Below, in pieces: positions 51,570 through 64,000 of a stretch of DNA of 64,000 nucleotides. Position 1 is the first letter of the stretch; each line of letters starts with the position of its first letter. A program made the translations under genes and the position numbers. The DNA comes from Octopus sinensis (Eukaryota), in assembly GCF_006345805.1 (NCBI RefSeq), contig NW_021825323.1:992001-1056000 (forward strand). The letters are read 5' to 3'. The notes below the pieces were generated by a model. That model was not told the DNA's origin. It did not search any database and saw only the letters and a program-made list of their open reading frames with translations.

Positions 51570-52925
51570 CTGTCTAGGATGTGGAAGATACACACACAAA
51601 GAATACAATTTCCTGTGGTCCAGACGGAATACCAATGATTCTGCTCAAGAAACTGGGCCCTGTACCTATCACGGCATTAACGGCCATCTACAACCAGTCA
51701 GTAAATGAAAACAGTATTCCAAATATATGGAAACAATCCAAAATCCATCCAATCCTAAAACCTGGGAAGGAGAGGAACGAACCGGATCATACAGGCCAAT
51801 ATCTCTATTATGTGCCCCTCGAGAATTCTTGAAAAGTTGATTCTTGGCCGTATTCGACATTTTATCCCGGAAGCAGCCTTTCAACATGGCTTCAAGAAAG
51901 GACTGTCAACTACATCTCATTTACTGTCCCTGAAACAATTTATTACAAAAGGGTTGGAAAGGAAACCTAAACAAGAAAAAACGATTGTATGCTCAATTGA
52001 TATTCACAAGGCTTTTGACGCGGTCTCCCGAAAAATTCTTACGCAGAAAATTTACTCGTTGAATATGGAACCAAATTTAAAACTATGGCTCGCCAATTTT
52101 CTGAATCGACGTCGGGGTAGAGTCTACAAGGGAAATCGAAGATCTGCATCGAGGCTACTACGGAATAAAGTGCCACAAGGTTCCCCCTATCCCCCGTATT
52201 ATTCAACCTAATGTTGAACGATATGCCTCTTCCTGAAAACAAGAATGACATTTTACTATCATATGCGGATGATATAATTGTTGCATCGAGGGATATATGT
52301 GTCAGCGAAGCTACAAGAAGATTACAGAAAAATATAAATAACCTGTGTATATGGATCAATACCAATCTGTTGAAAGCAAGCCCGGAAAAGTCTGAGCTAA
52401 CCTTTTTCACAAATAACAAAAGATTGGGGAATTTGTCGATAAATGTGACCATGAAAGGGAAATCAATTCCTCAAAATAAAACTCTAAAGATACTAGAGAT
52501 CACCTTTGACACCTTTCTAACCTTTACCCCCATACAAAAAACATGTTGACGAAATGCAATAAAAAACTAAACTTTCTTAAAGCATTTCTTGGAAACTTGG
52601 AAGACGCCAAAGGAACTTACAGATTAGAGTCTCTATACACCCAATACATTAAACAGACAATTGGTTACGGATGTATAGTACGGGGAAGCAATCTAGCATA
52701 TACAAATGTCAAAAAATCGACAATATTCAAATGGAGATTGTAAACCTCCAATCGAATGTCACGGGGAACAAAATTCAACCAAAGGGACTAGAAGAAATCG
52801 TGAAAGAAAACGGTGGAGACCTCATGAAAAAAGTCCATGTTCGGGATCCCCGACCTCTTAGACAATGCGCTGTAGAACACAGAGAAAAGATGCGAAAGTT
52901 TCTAAAAGAGGCTGGGATCACCTGA
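51570..52925 (+). mobile_element. LINE RT fragment (I/Jockey-type), frameshifted
   Basis: SCGPDGIP, FQHGFKKG, DIHKAFD, VPQGS, YADD and LKILEITFD, broken by frameshifts. Confidence 0.88.
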
Positions 52926-53150
52926 AATAGTTAATTATGGTTATGACGGTGTTTTTGGTCCTAATAAATACAGTTGGATAACAGTAATAACAGATCCTGA
53001 AACTTTTGGTAAAATAAAATCTCGTTAATCAGAAGAATTTAAAAAATTGTGCTCAAATTTGGATAACTAATAATCTAGCCTAAATGTTTATTAGCTTATT
53101 TTCTGTGCTTGAAAATAAAACAATTTAAAAAAGTTAAAATAATTAAAAAA

Positions 53151-53387
53151 TTAATAGCTCCTTTTGAAGTCCCGGGGTTTGGGGTCAGATGGGTCATAGC
53201 GAACAAGATTAACTCTGCTAATATTTTGTCTGCACTTGTGATGAGGAAAAGATGGACATTCTACGTGTAGCTGATTGTGCAAATAAAAAAAATAACAGTC
53301 CTGACAACGTTTTTTAAGACTGTTCTTGTTTTTATAAAATCTCAGTGATATATTCATATAATTCTTGGTTAAATTGAAGATAGTCAT
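53151..53387 (-). CDS. MRPL36: mitochondrial ribosomal protein L36 (bL36m)
   Basis: YKNKNSLKKRCQDCYF...VEC...PHHKCRQ zinc-ribbon motif. Intronless. The first ATG is at 53387. Confidence 0.85.
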   Translation of the reverse strand: MTIFNLTKNYMNISLRFYKNKNSLKKRCQDCYFFYLHNQLHVECPSFPHHKCRQNISRVNLVRYDPSDPKPRDFKRSY

Positions 53388-53626
53388 TCCTTCCACAATG
53401 AAAACAACGCAGTAGTTAAAATTTGATTAAATAATTTTGAAAATTTCAAAAAAAATTAAAGATGAATTTAAAATATATAAAAGTAGATTCATTTATTAAA
53501 TTTTTAAATTTTGTAGAATAAAAGATTTTCCTAAAACAAATAATTTAATCCAAGAGAATAATTTTTTTAAGATTAATTATATATATTAAAAAATTATTAA
53601 TTTAATTTAATTTATATTTTGTTATA

Positions 53627-55775
53627 ATGGAAGGCGATGACTTTGTTGGACCAGAAATACCTAAACCAAAAAGAATAAAAAGTAAATGATTTTTCAACAT
53701 TTTTTAAGAGCTTCAAAACGAAAAATATTACTTAGAAGATTTGCCATCATCTAGTTCATATGAAAAGAGCTACATGCACAAAGGAGTGGTCACCTTCGTC
53801 GCTTCTGCTGCGTATATCTAATTATATCACCACTCCTCAGTGACGACTTTATAATCACGGCCAGTGATGACGGACATTTAAAATTTTGGAAAAAAACCAC
53901 GGAACTTGGCGGAATTGAATTTGTAAAGCACTATCGATGCCATATTGGTTGTGTATTCTCTCTGATATGAACATTAGGCAATGTACAACACCTCGCAGTC
54001 AGTTTTGAAGGAACTATGTTAGCCACAATCTCAAATGACAAGACTATAAAAATATATGATGTGATTAGTTTCGGTATTTTTGTTGATTTCATTTTTTGAC
54101 ATGATTACTATGAAGAGACTCGATTTTGAACCTCTGACATGTGGTTGGATATTCTCAAAAAATGATCCGGAGGAGATTCTGGCTGTTTCGGAAAACAATT
54201 CTCACAACATTCACATTTTTAATACTCGAGACACTTCCAAGGAGGCAATAGCGGTCATTTCAAACCGTCATTCTGCTCCAGTGACGATAATAAAAGTTAT
54301 TTGACTATTTAATGGAATAGTTCAATGGAATATTCGATACTGTCATTTCATGTGATAATAAAGGCCTGATTGAGTACTGGACTAATCAAAAAAACGATTT
54401 CCGTTTTCCAACCGGCAAAGTGCAGTTTTCGTCGTTGGAAAAAATGGAAAAGACCGATCTTTATTGCATGCTTGAAGTTGTGTTTTGTAATTCACGTTTA
54501 GGACAATTGCTACCCTCTCAACATGGCAATATCACCGAACGGAGAACAAATGGCCACAATTTGCACAGATAGGAAGGTTGTTTTGTGTTTTTTGTCATTT
54601 TTTGGTTTAGATTCGGATTTTTAATTTTTTGAGTGGAAAGTTGGTCAAAGTTATAGACGAGTCGCTCAATCATGTTGTGGATCTTCAGCAAGAGAAGGCA
54701 GTTCTCCCAAATATGGAATTTGGACGTCGGATGGCTATCGAAAAGGAAATTGAAAAGTCTTCATATTACAAGAACTGTAATATAAGTACTGATTTAGTAA
54801 CTATTCTAGTATATGATGAGAGTGGGCATTATTTGCTGTATTCTTCCATGTTCGGGATCAAAGGTAGTTTGATTGACTGATGGATAGTGGTTAATAACTA
54901 TAATAATACCGTGGCTCGTGTTTTGGGGAAAAACGAGAATTGTCGATTCATGAATTTGGCGTTGTTTCAGGGAATTCCTCGCGGAAAACGGATAAGTAAT
55001 GTGGTTACTCCGGAAATGATGGTTCACGGTACTGCTTTTGTCAACGTGAAACCCGACCCCGTTCTTTTTTGCACGGGATTCAAAAAAAATAGAATTTTTC
55101 TCTTCACTCGAAAGGAGCCGACGGAATTTGAAGGGTTAAGTGGTGGAAATATATTTTATCAGAGGAGAGTTTGATCGGGATATTTTTAACGAGAAACCTT
55201 CACGGGACGAAATGACTTCTTCGACGGCTGAGTCACAAAAGTCACTTTTGTCGAACATGGCAATAATCCACACCTCAATGGGGGACATTCACATTAAGTT
55301 ATTTGGAAAAGAGTGAGATGGTTATTTCTACTGTTAGAGCCCCTAAGGCGGTGGAAAATTTTTGTGTTCATTCGAGAAATCAATATTACAATGGACATAT
55401 ATTCCACAGAGTTATCAAGAGCTTCATGATCCAGACGGGGGACCCCGAGGGACTGGGGACGGGCGGTGAGTCAATATGGGGATCCAATTTTGAGGACGAA
55501 TTTCACCCCTCTTTACAACACGATAAACCTTTCACTGTAAGCATGGCCAATCGAGGGGCGAATACAAATGGATCGCAGTTCTTTATAACGACTGTTCCCA
55601 CTGTATTGACTGTTTTTGACGTTTGTAGCCTTGGTTGGACAATAAGCATACCATTTTTGGCAAAGTGTTTAAAGGAATGGAAGTTGCACAGAATATTTCG
55701 TTGGTAAAGACAAACGAGAAAACTGACAAGCCTCTTGAAGAAATCAAAATTATTAGCATTTCCCTTAAAAATTAA
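53627..55775 (+). CDS. PPWD1: peptidyl-prolyl isomerase domain and WD40 repeat protein 1
   Basis: [33 protein letters not shown], and a cyclophilin domain ([33 protein letters not shown]). Confidence 0.95.
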
Positions 55776-56807
55776 GTCAGTTTTTTTACTCTCTTTTCTT
55801 GTGTTATTATTAAATTTAAAATTATTTTTTGTACTTCAAAAATATTTGACTTTGATTTCAAATAAATTAGCAGCACTCAGCAATACTTGCGAATAAGCCT
55901 ACTTTAAAAGTAAAAAAGCTTAGTAAAATATGGGCTCGGGAAGACGTGACAAAACCATTAATAATTAAATTTATAAAGTAAAAATTCTAAAAATTTTTGT
56001 ACAAGAAACAGGATGGTGCTAAACAATAACGAATGTCCTGTAAAAAGGCTTTTTTAAACTCAAAGTAATTGGAACCACCAAAATTAGATACAATCTTGAG
56101 GCGCTAGAAAACTTTGAGTTGACGACAGAAATAGAAGGAAAAAGAATATTACATTGAATTGTGTCCCAGGTTATCACGTACAAAAAGAGAACCTCAATCT
56201 AGACAATTTCTAAAATAGAGCATGACCGTTTTGATTATTTTGAAAATCAAAGGCTAAAGTGTGAGCTTACAGAAATTACACGTGGTCAAATCAAGAAAAT
56301 ACCAAGTCACATTAATTTTCAATGAATAAAGGTTATGCCTTACTTTGATGGCGTTTTTTGATGGATTTTTTTATAAACTTGTTTAACAATATTACATGTA
56401 GCTCAAACTAAAAATGCGAATAAGATCAGTTTTGTTAAATTGTTCTAAAGAATTAAAAATTTGGACAAAATTAGAATGTGTCTTTTCGATAAATGACGCA
56501 TATAGTACGTCAAACGCTCTTTCTGTGTCATAAATTTATTCTGTGTCGATTTGGAATAACCCCGAAAATATATATTAGCCTCAAAACATTTTTGGCTAGC
56601 TTGATAGTTTCTTTACATATTAATAAATCGTACAAATACATCTTCGGATAAAAAATTTAATCAAAATAGTATGATCTAAATTTTTTTATTTTATTAATAG
56701 AATGAAAATAATGTAAAGTTTATGATTTACTTTTTAATAGTTTATTTAAATAAAAAGGTTGATTTTATAGTTACGTGGTTGTTGACCTGTAGGTTCGTTT
56801 CATAATC

Positions 56808-59800
56808 ATGTTTGGCTTTAATGGAGAATTCAGCCTCAGTTCTCGTCCCAAATGTGTCAACGAGAGAGTTTTTTTAATTTATTGAGATTATTAAGAACAG
56901 AAAACAAATTATTCTAGATAAAGTCAAACAAGAAAGAGAAACAAGAAATGTATTTTATTGCATAATTATTTGTAGAAAAAGAGATTAATAGAAGCAAACG
57001 CACATAAAATACAAAAAGTCATTAGAAAGATCCAATTTTTGACAAAAATAGTAATATTTTCACATATAACTAGAAAAAAACATTTCACCACGAATTTATT
57101 TCACTTCTTGAAGAGGACCCTCAGTGTCTTTGGAGACCTTCATCTCTACTGGGAATTTTTTACGACGAAAGTCAACATTTTCATTTTTTTGTAACATTGA
57201 CTACTTCATATTACCCAGATTGAACTCCAACGTCGGATTTTACTAAATATCCAAAATTTTGTGGAGCAATGTTCAGATAAACAACTCGAGCCTGCTATCG
57301 GTCGAATACTATTAATATCCCTACAAACATTTCTGAGGTTATTCCGTGTTTTTATCTTTCAGGAAAAAGGGACAGCAACATATTCAATTTAGTTTATCTT
57401 TGATGAACTCTTCTTTATATCCCACTGTTGATTTTTTTGTGGATTTTTTGTCATTTTGTCTTGATAACAGTTAGGCTGATATTTTTTAATTGTTTTAGAT
57501 TTTTTTGGTCTGGTGGGTAGAATTTTGGTTTTACCCGACGTCGGTACGTTTGTTGTGCCAAGAATTTCAGATATGCTTAACAAGATATTTACAAACATAG
57601 ATTCACGTTTTTTTGTTTTTGCAGTTTTCTAGTCAAATCTCAACATTGTATTTATTACTTTGTCGCAGACGTGTTATCCATAAATTGTCTCAATGGGCAA
57701 CATTTGCTTACAAAATTGGCAAGTTCTCCCCCCTTTGAGGACATTTCTCGCCGTCTCTATTCTGTCATAGATGAAAATAAAGCGGTAATTTCACATTTGG
57801 ATATTCCGGTTATCTTAAATAATTATAATTTGGTGATGACAATTGTTTTTGGTTGTTTTTGATATTTGTGATATTTTAGAGAAGAGGGGAGTCTCTCGGG
57901 AGTCGTTTATTTCTTACATTAAAATTTGGTTACTTTTTTTACACAAAATGTTGCCTTCTTTGGATCTTGGAGTGCAACAGGATTCGTTAAAAACTGTTTT
58001 TCTTAATATTTAAATATATTTAGAGTAAATTTGTAGAATTTCTATACCGTATGATGGAAAAAATGGTAGTAAATGTTAATTTATATTCCTACCTTCTTGA
58101 CATTCAAGATATGGAGTTGTTCTCAGTGTTATATTCTACAACTACAATACTTAATGCACAAATTTCAGACACAATTCAGTTTCTGGACAAGACAAGGATG
58201 CTCAATGCAATTATTGAGCTGGGAATTCTACAATTCAGTGTTTTTTTCCCTCTGTTTGTCTGTTTTGTGTGACTTTCCAGAACTAAATCTTCATATGTTC
58301 CTACCTCGGGGGTAAAAACTCTCAGGGAATTTGAAATTGATAATTTCCATCATATCGTCACTTCACTCATGCTGATTTCAAAGTTGTGGAAGTCGTCGTT
58401 TTTGGATACTCAAATCCCCTCAGGTTAGATTAGCCAATTGAACTTGGATTAGAGATTGCGAACAGTTTTATGACGTGGGCAAAGGCTGGGATTGCATTTT
58501 GTCTGTTTTACGCGTTGGATGTAATCGAGAATAGTTCTTTATTTTGCATCCTTGTTAGTTTATTGTTGATATATATTAGAACCAATTGGCGGATATGATC
58601 GGAGAAATATATCTTTGGCACTGCCGAACTGGTTCTGCTTTTGATTGGGGACTCGAAGATGTTTTCAAAATTACGGTATGTTTACTGTTTCTATCTTAGA
58701 CTATGAATAAACGTATGTCTCCCAGAAAAGAGGAAAATGTTTCTTGTTTATTTGTACATCCTTACGATAGTATAATTCTTCCTGGTTGATTTTGTTAGAA
58801 ATGGGTGTCAAATTTACCCATTTGTTACAAATGTTGAGTAAAGTGCCAAAAATAATGGAATTTAATTGTCGACATTGGGTATTGATATTTGTGATTATTT
58901 TAGTTCATTTCGCCAGTACAGTTGAGGATTGAGCAGGGGGCGGTGATTGTCCGACGTTCAAATCTTTATCACGACTCATTTTCTCACTTCAAAAAGAGTT
59001 TTTACTATTTTTATGTACGTTAGATTCTAGTTCATGGATTCGTGCATTTCCGAGCATATGTTTTATCAACGAAGCAGGGACATACGAGTTTGGAGATGAC
59101 GCTGGAGGTCTGGGAAGAGAATTCATAATACTGATACTTGAATATGTGTTTAGTCCTGAATCAAAACTGTTCGTCGAATCCTGTGATCCTGATCATTCAC
59201 TTTATCCCAATCCAATGGCCAGTTCTTTGTTTTCCTACTCCTCAATGCATTATTTTTTTGTCGGATTGTTGATAGGACATGCAATTAGATGGGAGATATT
59301 GATCCCCACTCTGAGGGTTTCTCCTGTTTTGTGGCAAAAGCTGGTTTGTCCAAAGCTTGATTTAAACATAAATTGGCTTCCATGGCTTGACCACGAGCTT
59401 TATCGGTTGAAATTTGTGTTTATTTTAGAAATTTGATATCACTTCGTTCGTTCCAAAATTTAGATATGTTGGATTTGGATTATACCGTGCAAATAATGAC
59501 GGACAATAACACATTCACCACATGTCAACTCAAACCAGGAGGAGAGACTCTGAAAGTGACTCGAGAAAACGTGGATGATTACATAAACGTGTATGCTTGT
59601 TTCAGACTGTCGAGATCTGTTAGTTGTGTGATGTAATGTTTTTAGGTGGATAAGCACATTTCTTCGTTGCAAGAGGGCCTTGTTTCTGTAATTCCACAAA
59701 ACTACGTTTCGATATTTGATGCAAAGGAATTCCAGTTTCTACTTTCTGGGAATTTAAAGAAATTTGACTTTGAAGATTTTAAAAATAATGTTATTTATAG

Positions 59801-60157
59801 TGGTTCGTATTATTTAATGACTTATTTGTAGGCTATAACATTAATTCGCCAGTCATTAAACGATTTTGGTCTGTTTTTATGTTTTTTTCTGTTGAAGAGG
59901 CGAGAGGCTTTCTTAGATTTGCAACATCATACTTCGAGGCTCCACATGGAGGCTTTTCAGTAGATTTGGCATTTTCTGATTTTTAGAATCTTCAACCGAG
60001 GTTTCAAATTGCATATCTTGATAAAACTGATTATCATTTGCCGACAGTTACGACATGTGCTAATATTCTTTATTTGCCTCCGTATTCAACTGCTGAAATA
60101 ATGAGAGAAAAATTACTGTATGTAATCAATTCAAAAATCGGATTCGAATTGTGCTAA
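56808..60157 (+). CDS. HECT E3 ubiquitin ligase, UBE3C-like
   Basis: N-terminus [11 protein letters not shown] with an IQ-like KIQKVIR motif. HECT motifs [16 protein letters not shown] and [16 protein letters not shown]. Many micro-introns. Confidence 0.88.
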
Positions 60158-60894
60158 CCTTATTTTTATTATTTTATTCAACGATTAAATTTTTTAATTA
60201 CTTTGATATTATGTGAGGGCTTATAAAGTTGAAAGCGATTCTTTTTGTAAGTCTTAAAAATGGGGATTTTAGCGGTCATCAATTCTTCCGCGAATGCGAG
60301 GTAGATAATAAAAATGCTATAAAATCCCTAAAGGTTGGCATTAAAATTTTTTATCTTTAAAATAAATCCTGACTATTAGAAATAAGCAGTTGATAATTTG
60401 GTTATGTCTTCATGCAAAAATAAATATTTTAAAAAAATTTGTTAAGTTTATAGAGCACTGTTAGAAATACGCAGACAGTAGAACCGAGTCAGACTGAAAC
60501 AATGACAGGGTCATCGATGACAATTATTGTCAAATCAAAAAATTAACAACTTTTTATCATAAAAATCCTGACTAATTAATAGTTTTTAATGAGGAGAAGG
60601 ATAATAGGACAGACAAAGAGAAAATAGAAATATCTGCAGAGACTATTTGAAGATTCGAATGCGGACTCTTCATTTGAATTATTAGATTTCTGATTTGCGT
60701 CAGCAGGAAATTTCAGGTGCGCACTATATTCGATTACTGGGTTTTTCCAGATTTTTTTGGCTCAAAATTATCTGCGTGTTATTTTTGATTGCTCGTCAAA
60801 ATAGAGAAAATACGGTAGTTAAATTTTCTCCATATGATTTATTTCATATTTTGATTTACGCGGTCCAAACTTCTTGTTTATTCTTCTGAAAACA

Positions 60895-61503
60895 ACTTAC
60901 TCCCACTCGGATCCGGGATTCTAATACCTATTCAAAAATCTAACAAACATATTGACCCAGTAGAAAACCTCCGCCCGGTTATCCTGCTGAACTCCCTTAG
61001 GAAGATTCTCTCATTAATCGTGCTGAATCGTATCGGGGACAGAGTGAACATCTTTCTGTCGCCAAACCACAGCGGATTCAAAAAAGGAAGATCTACCGCA
61101 GACGTTCTGTGGGGCTACCGACCACCAAAGATTCAAAAGTATTGCAATCATCCTGGCGATCGATATGTCGAGAGCTTTCGACAGCATTCACCGAGATCTG
61201 CTAATAAGGATCCTGCGGAGTTTCTTAGAAGAGGATGAAACCAGGTCTACATGGATGATGTAGACTTCATGTCGAGCTACAGATCAGCACTGGCTAGACT
61301 GCTAGAGATTGCACCGGGAAAACTCGGGGAATGGTTTCTAAAAATGAATCCGGACAAGACAGAAGTGGTTGAGATATCACGCTCAGACACTCAATTTATG
61401 GAAACATGGAGACTATCCAAGAAGCTTGGCTCACTGCTTGGTGACCGGGAGGACATAATGCGTAGAAAAACACTGACTGCTGTTGCTCTAAAACCTGCAT
61501 GAA
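60895..61503 (+). mobile_element. decayed RTE-clade LINE fragment (related to 17809-19675)
   Basis: ENLRPVILLNSLRK, SGFKKGRSTAD, DDVDF and KKLGSLLGD, with internal deletion and frameshifts. Confidence 0.85.
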
Positions 61504-61799
61504 GAATTGGTTATGAAACTGCCCAATGGAACTTTCGTTAGGTCAGTCATCGACAATATGATTCGAATCGTCATAACAAACTTCCATATATATTCCACTC
61601 ACAACTTGACGAATGATATTTCCCTTGAGTACAACAAAATTCCTTCTGTAAAGTGCGTTCAGAGCACGTTGATTATTAGTTTATTGGTGCGGCTTTCATC
61701 GTTTACGTCATCTGCCAATATTTGTGACACTTATCATGGGGTTATAGTCTGGGCTCGGTTTCACTTTTAACTCGCAACATATTATAGTTGACATTTCTT

Positions 61800-62535
61800 A
61801 AAGGGTCCAAAGAGATAATTAAAAGTTATTCCGTTTTTGTTATTTTTAGTGTTTTATTGCATCAACCTCACCTTCTTAGGGCCCACGTTCAGTGCACGGA
61901 TAGGCAGATTCATGTCCACGCGCAGTCTGGATTCAGGGCTACCTCTTCAACAGGCATCGATAACCCATGCCTTGTCTCAGCTTGCATGCTTTCTAAGGTA
62001 TTTCGCAACACCAGTGTCTGGATGTATGCCTTCACCATGTCCTCCACGCCAAGCACCGCCAGATGTTTTTTGAAGTATTTTGACACTATTCTGTCCCAGG
62101 TCATGACGACAGGGACGATCTTCCCAGTTCATTTGCCAGCAAGTCGTATTTGTGGAACTTTTCCACTTCGACCTGCTTGAGAAAATTCTGTGAAGTGATC
62201 CCCATCTCGATAAGAGTAATTGTGTTGCTAGATTTATCATGAACAAATATTTCTGGCTTGTTATTCGGGATAGCATTATCAGTCGGAAGGTTTGTATCGA
62301 CTCGAATTTGATAAATTCATTGGTGGAACAGATTGGACTGAATGGGTTTTTAATTTTTCGACTTTTTAATTCCATATTGGCGACATAGATTTAAATGCAA
62401 CGATTTGACCACTTCGTTATGGCGTCTAAGTTTTCATAGATATTCAAGTTGAATTTTCACCAGGTCTGATATTTTCAAATCATTCACATTTTCATTGTAT
62501 TTTCGGGACAAGAATTCTGCGATAGTGGCCATTTA
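61800..62535 (-). mobile_element. R4-like retrotransposon fragment
   Basis: Near-identical to parts of 25400-26310 in the opposite orientation. Confidence 0.85.
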
Positions 62536-62601
62536 AAGGGTCTAAGAACAATTTTAATTATTCCAAAAATGTAAATATTTTTATGAAGTTTAATCTCAGT
62601 T

Positions 62602-63273
62602 TCATACAATTTCTGGAAATATCAAGTATGAAATATCGGTTGTTTTTGTCGAGATATACTCAAAAACCTTTGCCGTTACTTTAATGAACTTTTCTGCGAT
62701 GACTTTGTGAACAACTTTTCGTTCCACAGCAGAATAAAAACATAAAACTATCTCTTTTCCTGAGTCCTTGTTTGTTATCTTTGCTTTTGAAACCAACGGT
62801 CCTATCAAGAAACGTGTAAATTCATTTTTTCTGAGATCGGGGCACGGATCTTTAAGAAAGCCAAGCTAATTCTGTTAATAATAAACGAGTGATCATCTAT
62901 TAAGAAAAAAATCTGTCGGAATAGGCATTTCGGAGTACGCTAATATAAATTTGTGCTATTTTATTTCGAGTAAAGATGAATTTACAAATAAAAAATAGTC
63001 TTAAGTTTTAATAAATGGCCCTAATAACGGGTCACCAACATATTCAACAAACCACTTACTATTCATAGATGTTTTAAAATTCTTACGAGGAAATTCCTTA
63101 AAATACACGAAAGAGGTCGATTTGTCTTTTAAAATGGCTGGGCTTAATAGAAATGTGAAAAGACATGCCCGACTTGGCCACAAAAGGCAAAGGCCATTAA
63201 ATTTCGCGGCAAAGACGGGAACAAACATCTGAACAGGTTTGAAAAAAGATAGCTGTATTCTGAAAGACGACAT
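62602..63273 (-). CDS. unidentified possible gene
   Basis: Two or three open stretches of 68-90 aa with no recognised family. Confidence 0.2.
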
Positions 63274-63479
63274 TATGAAATTAATAACTGAAGAGATGAC
63301 TCAGAGGATTAATAATCGTACAAGAACAAGGTTAAAAATCCTTTTAACCGCATAATTTATTTGAAGTCGGGAAATAAAAGAGAATTCATTTACCAAGGTG
63401 TCAACTTTGAAATAGACTTGTGTCCATCTCACTTAAAACTAAAAGATTCCCTTTTCAATTTCTTAAATATTTTTAAAAT

Positions 63480-64000
63480 AAATCATATTATTGCCTAAGA
63501 AAAGATTCTGCGATCCTAAAACAAAGCAAACACATATGGCCACAATTCTAACAATCATCAGCAGGAAACACAAAATCGATTATCCTTCAATCTTTTGTGA
63601 ATTTAGTGAGAGGTTTGATTGGAAAGATTAAAGAAAATTGTTAATACTCAACACTTTTTAACTGTCTAAATGACATGGATATGAACATCCGCGAGTCTTC
63701 CTTGGGGCTTATGCAAGAAAAGAACTTATCTAAGACTAAAGGAATCCCATTTTTTGTTGAAAATAGCTTTTTTGAAAACAGTAGTTAAATTTCAATCATA
63801 GCAACTCCAAATCTATCCATCTGCATCTCTCTCGGCAATACTGGTTAAAAATTAAAGAAACTTAAAAACAATTCTGTTTACAACCTGCTTGCTAATGAAC
63901 TAGCAATTATTTACAATGCCAAGGTAAACATAATGCCTTTGGTGTTAACTTGGGACAGAGCCCTGGAAAGTATAGAACTTGTATACAGAAATTGGTCGAT
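63480..64000 (+). mobile_element. old R4-like retrotransposon relic
   Basis: KQTHMATIL and YNLLANELAIIYNAKVNIMPLVLTWD remnants. Confidence 0.65.

Noticed and set aside
1-64000. Stop-codon reassignment as the cause of ORF fragmentation
   Set aside because: Stops within host genes fall inside removable micro-introns, and the spliced frames are clean in the standard code.

Overview
AT-rich eukaryotic (metazoan) genomic DNA. Host genes are cut by very small spliceosomal introns (mostly about 21-34 nt), which is why the six-frame ORF track is fragmented. This architecture fits a dicyemid or another compact parasitic metazoan (inference, not proven). Gene models assembled by eye: RPL10 (partial), a receptor-type guanylyl cyclase that appears to lack an ectodomain, MRPS24, CAMSAP/Patronin, PNP, CCT2, eIF3e, a CPVL-like carboxypeptidase, RRP1/Nop52, a SENP6/7-like protease, TSR1, MRPL36, PPWD1 and a UBE3C-like HECT ligase. 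Between them lie dense, often nested transposon relics: R4-like, CRE-like, RTE and I/Jockey-type LINEs, pogo/Tigger, hAT and an integrase-type element. The most notable unexplained structures are: (1) three non-autonomous elements with different TIRs but shared TGT...ACA ends and 5-bp TSDs, two of which carry internal telomere-type TTAGGG arrays, plus a nearby integrase relic with intron-like inserts; (2) an RTE LINE with a complete twin-priming (5' inversion) signature; (3) five tandem 108-bp exon+intron units in CAMSAP; (4) candidate GC-AG and GT-TG micro-introns. TE relic boundaries without TSDs are approximate. No database search was run.
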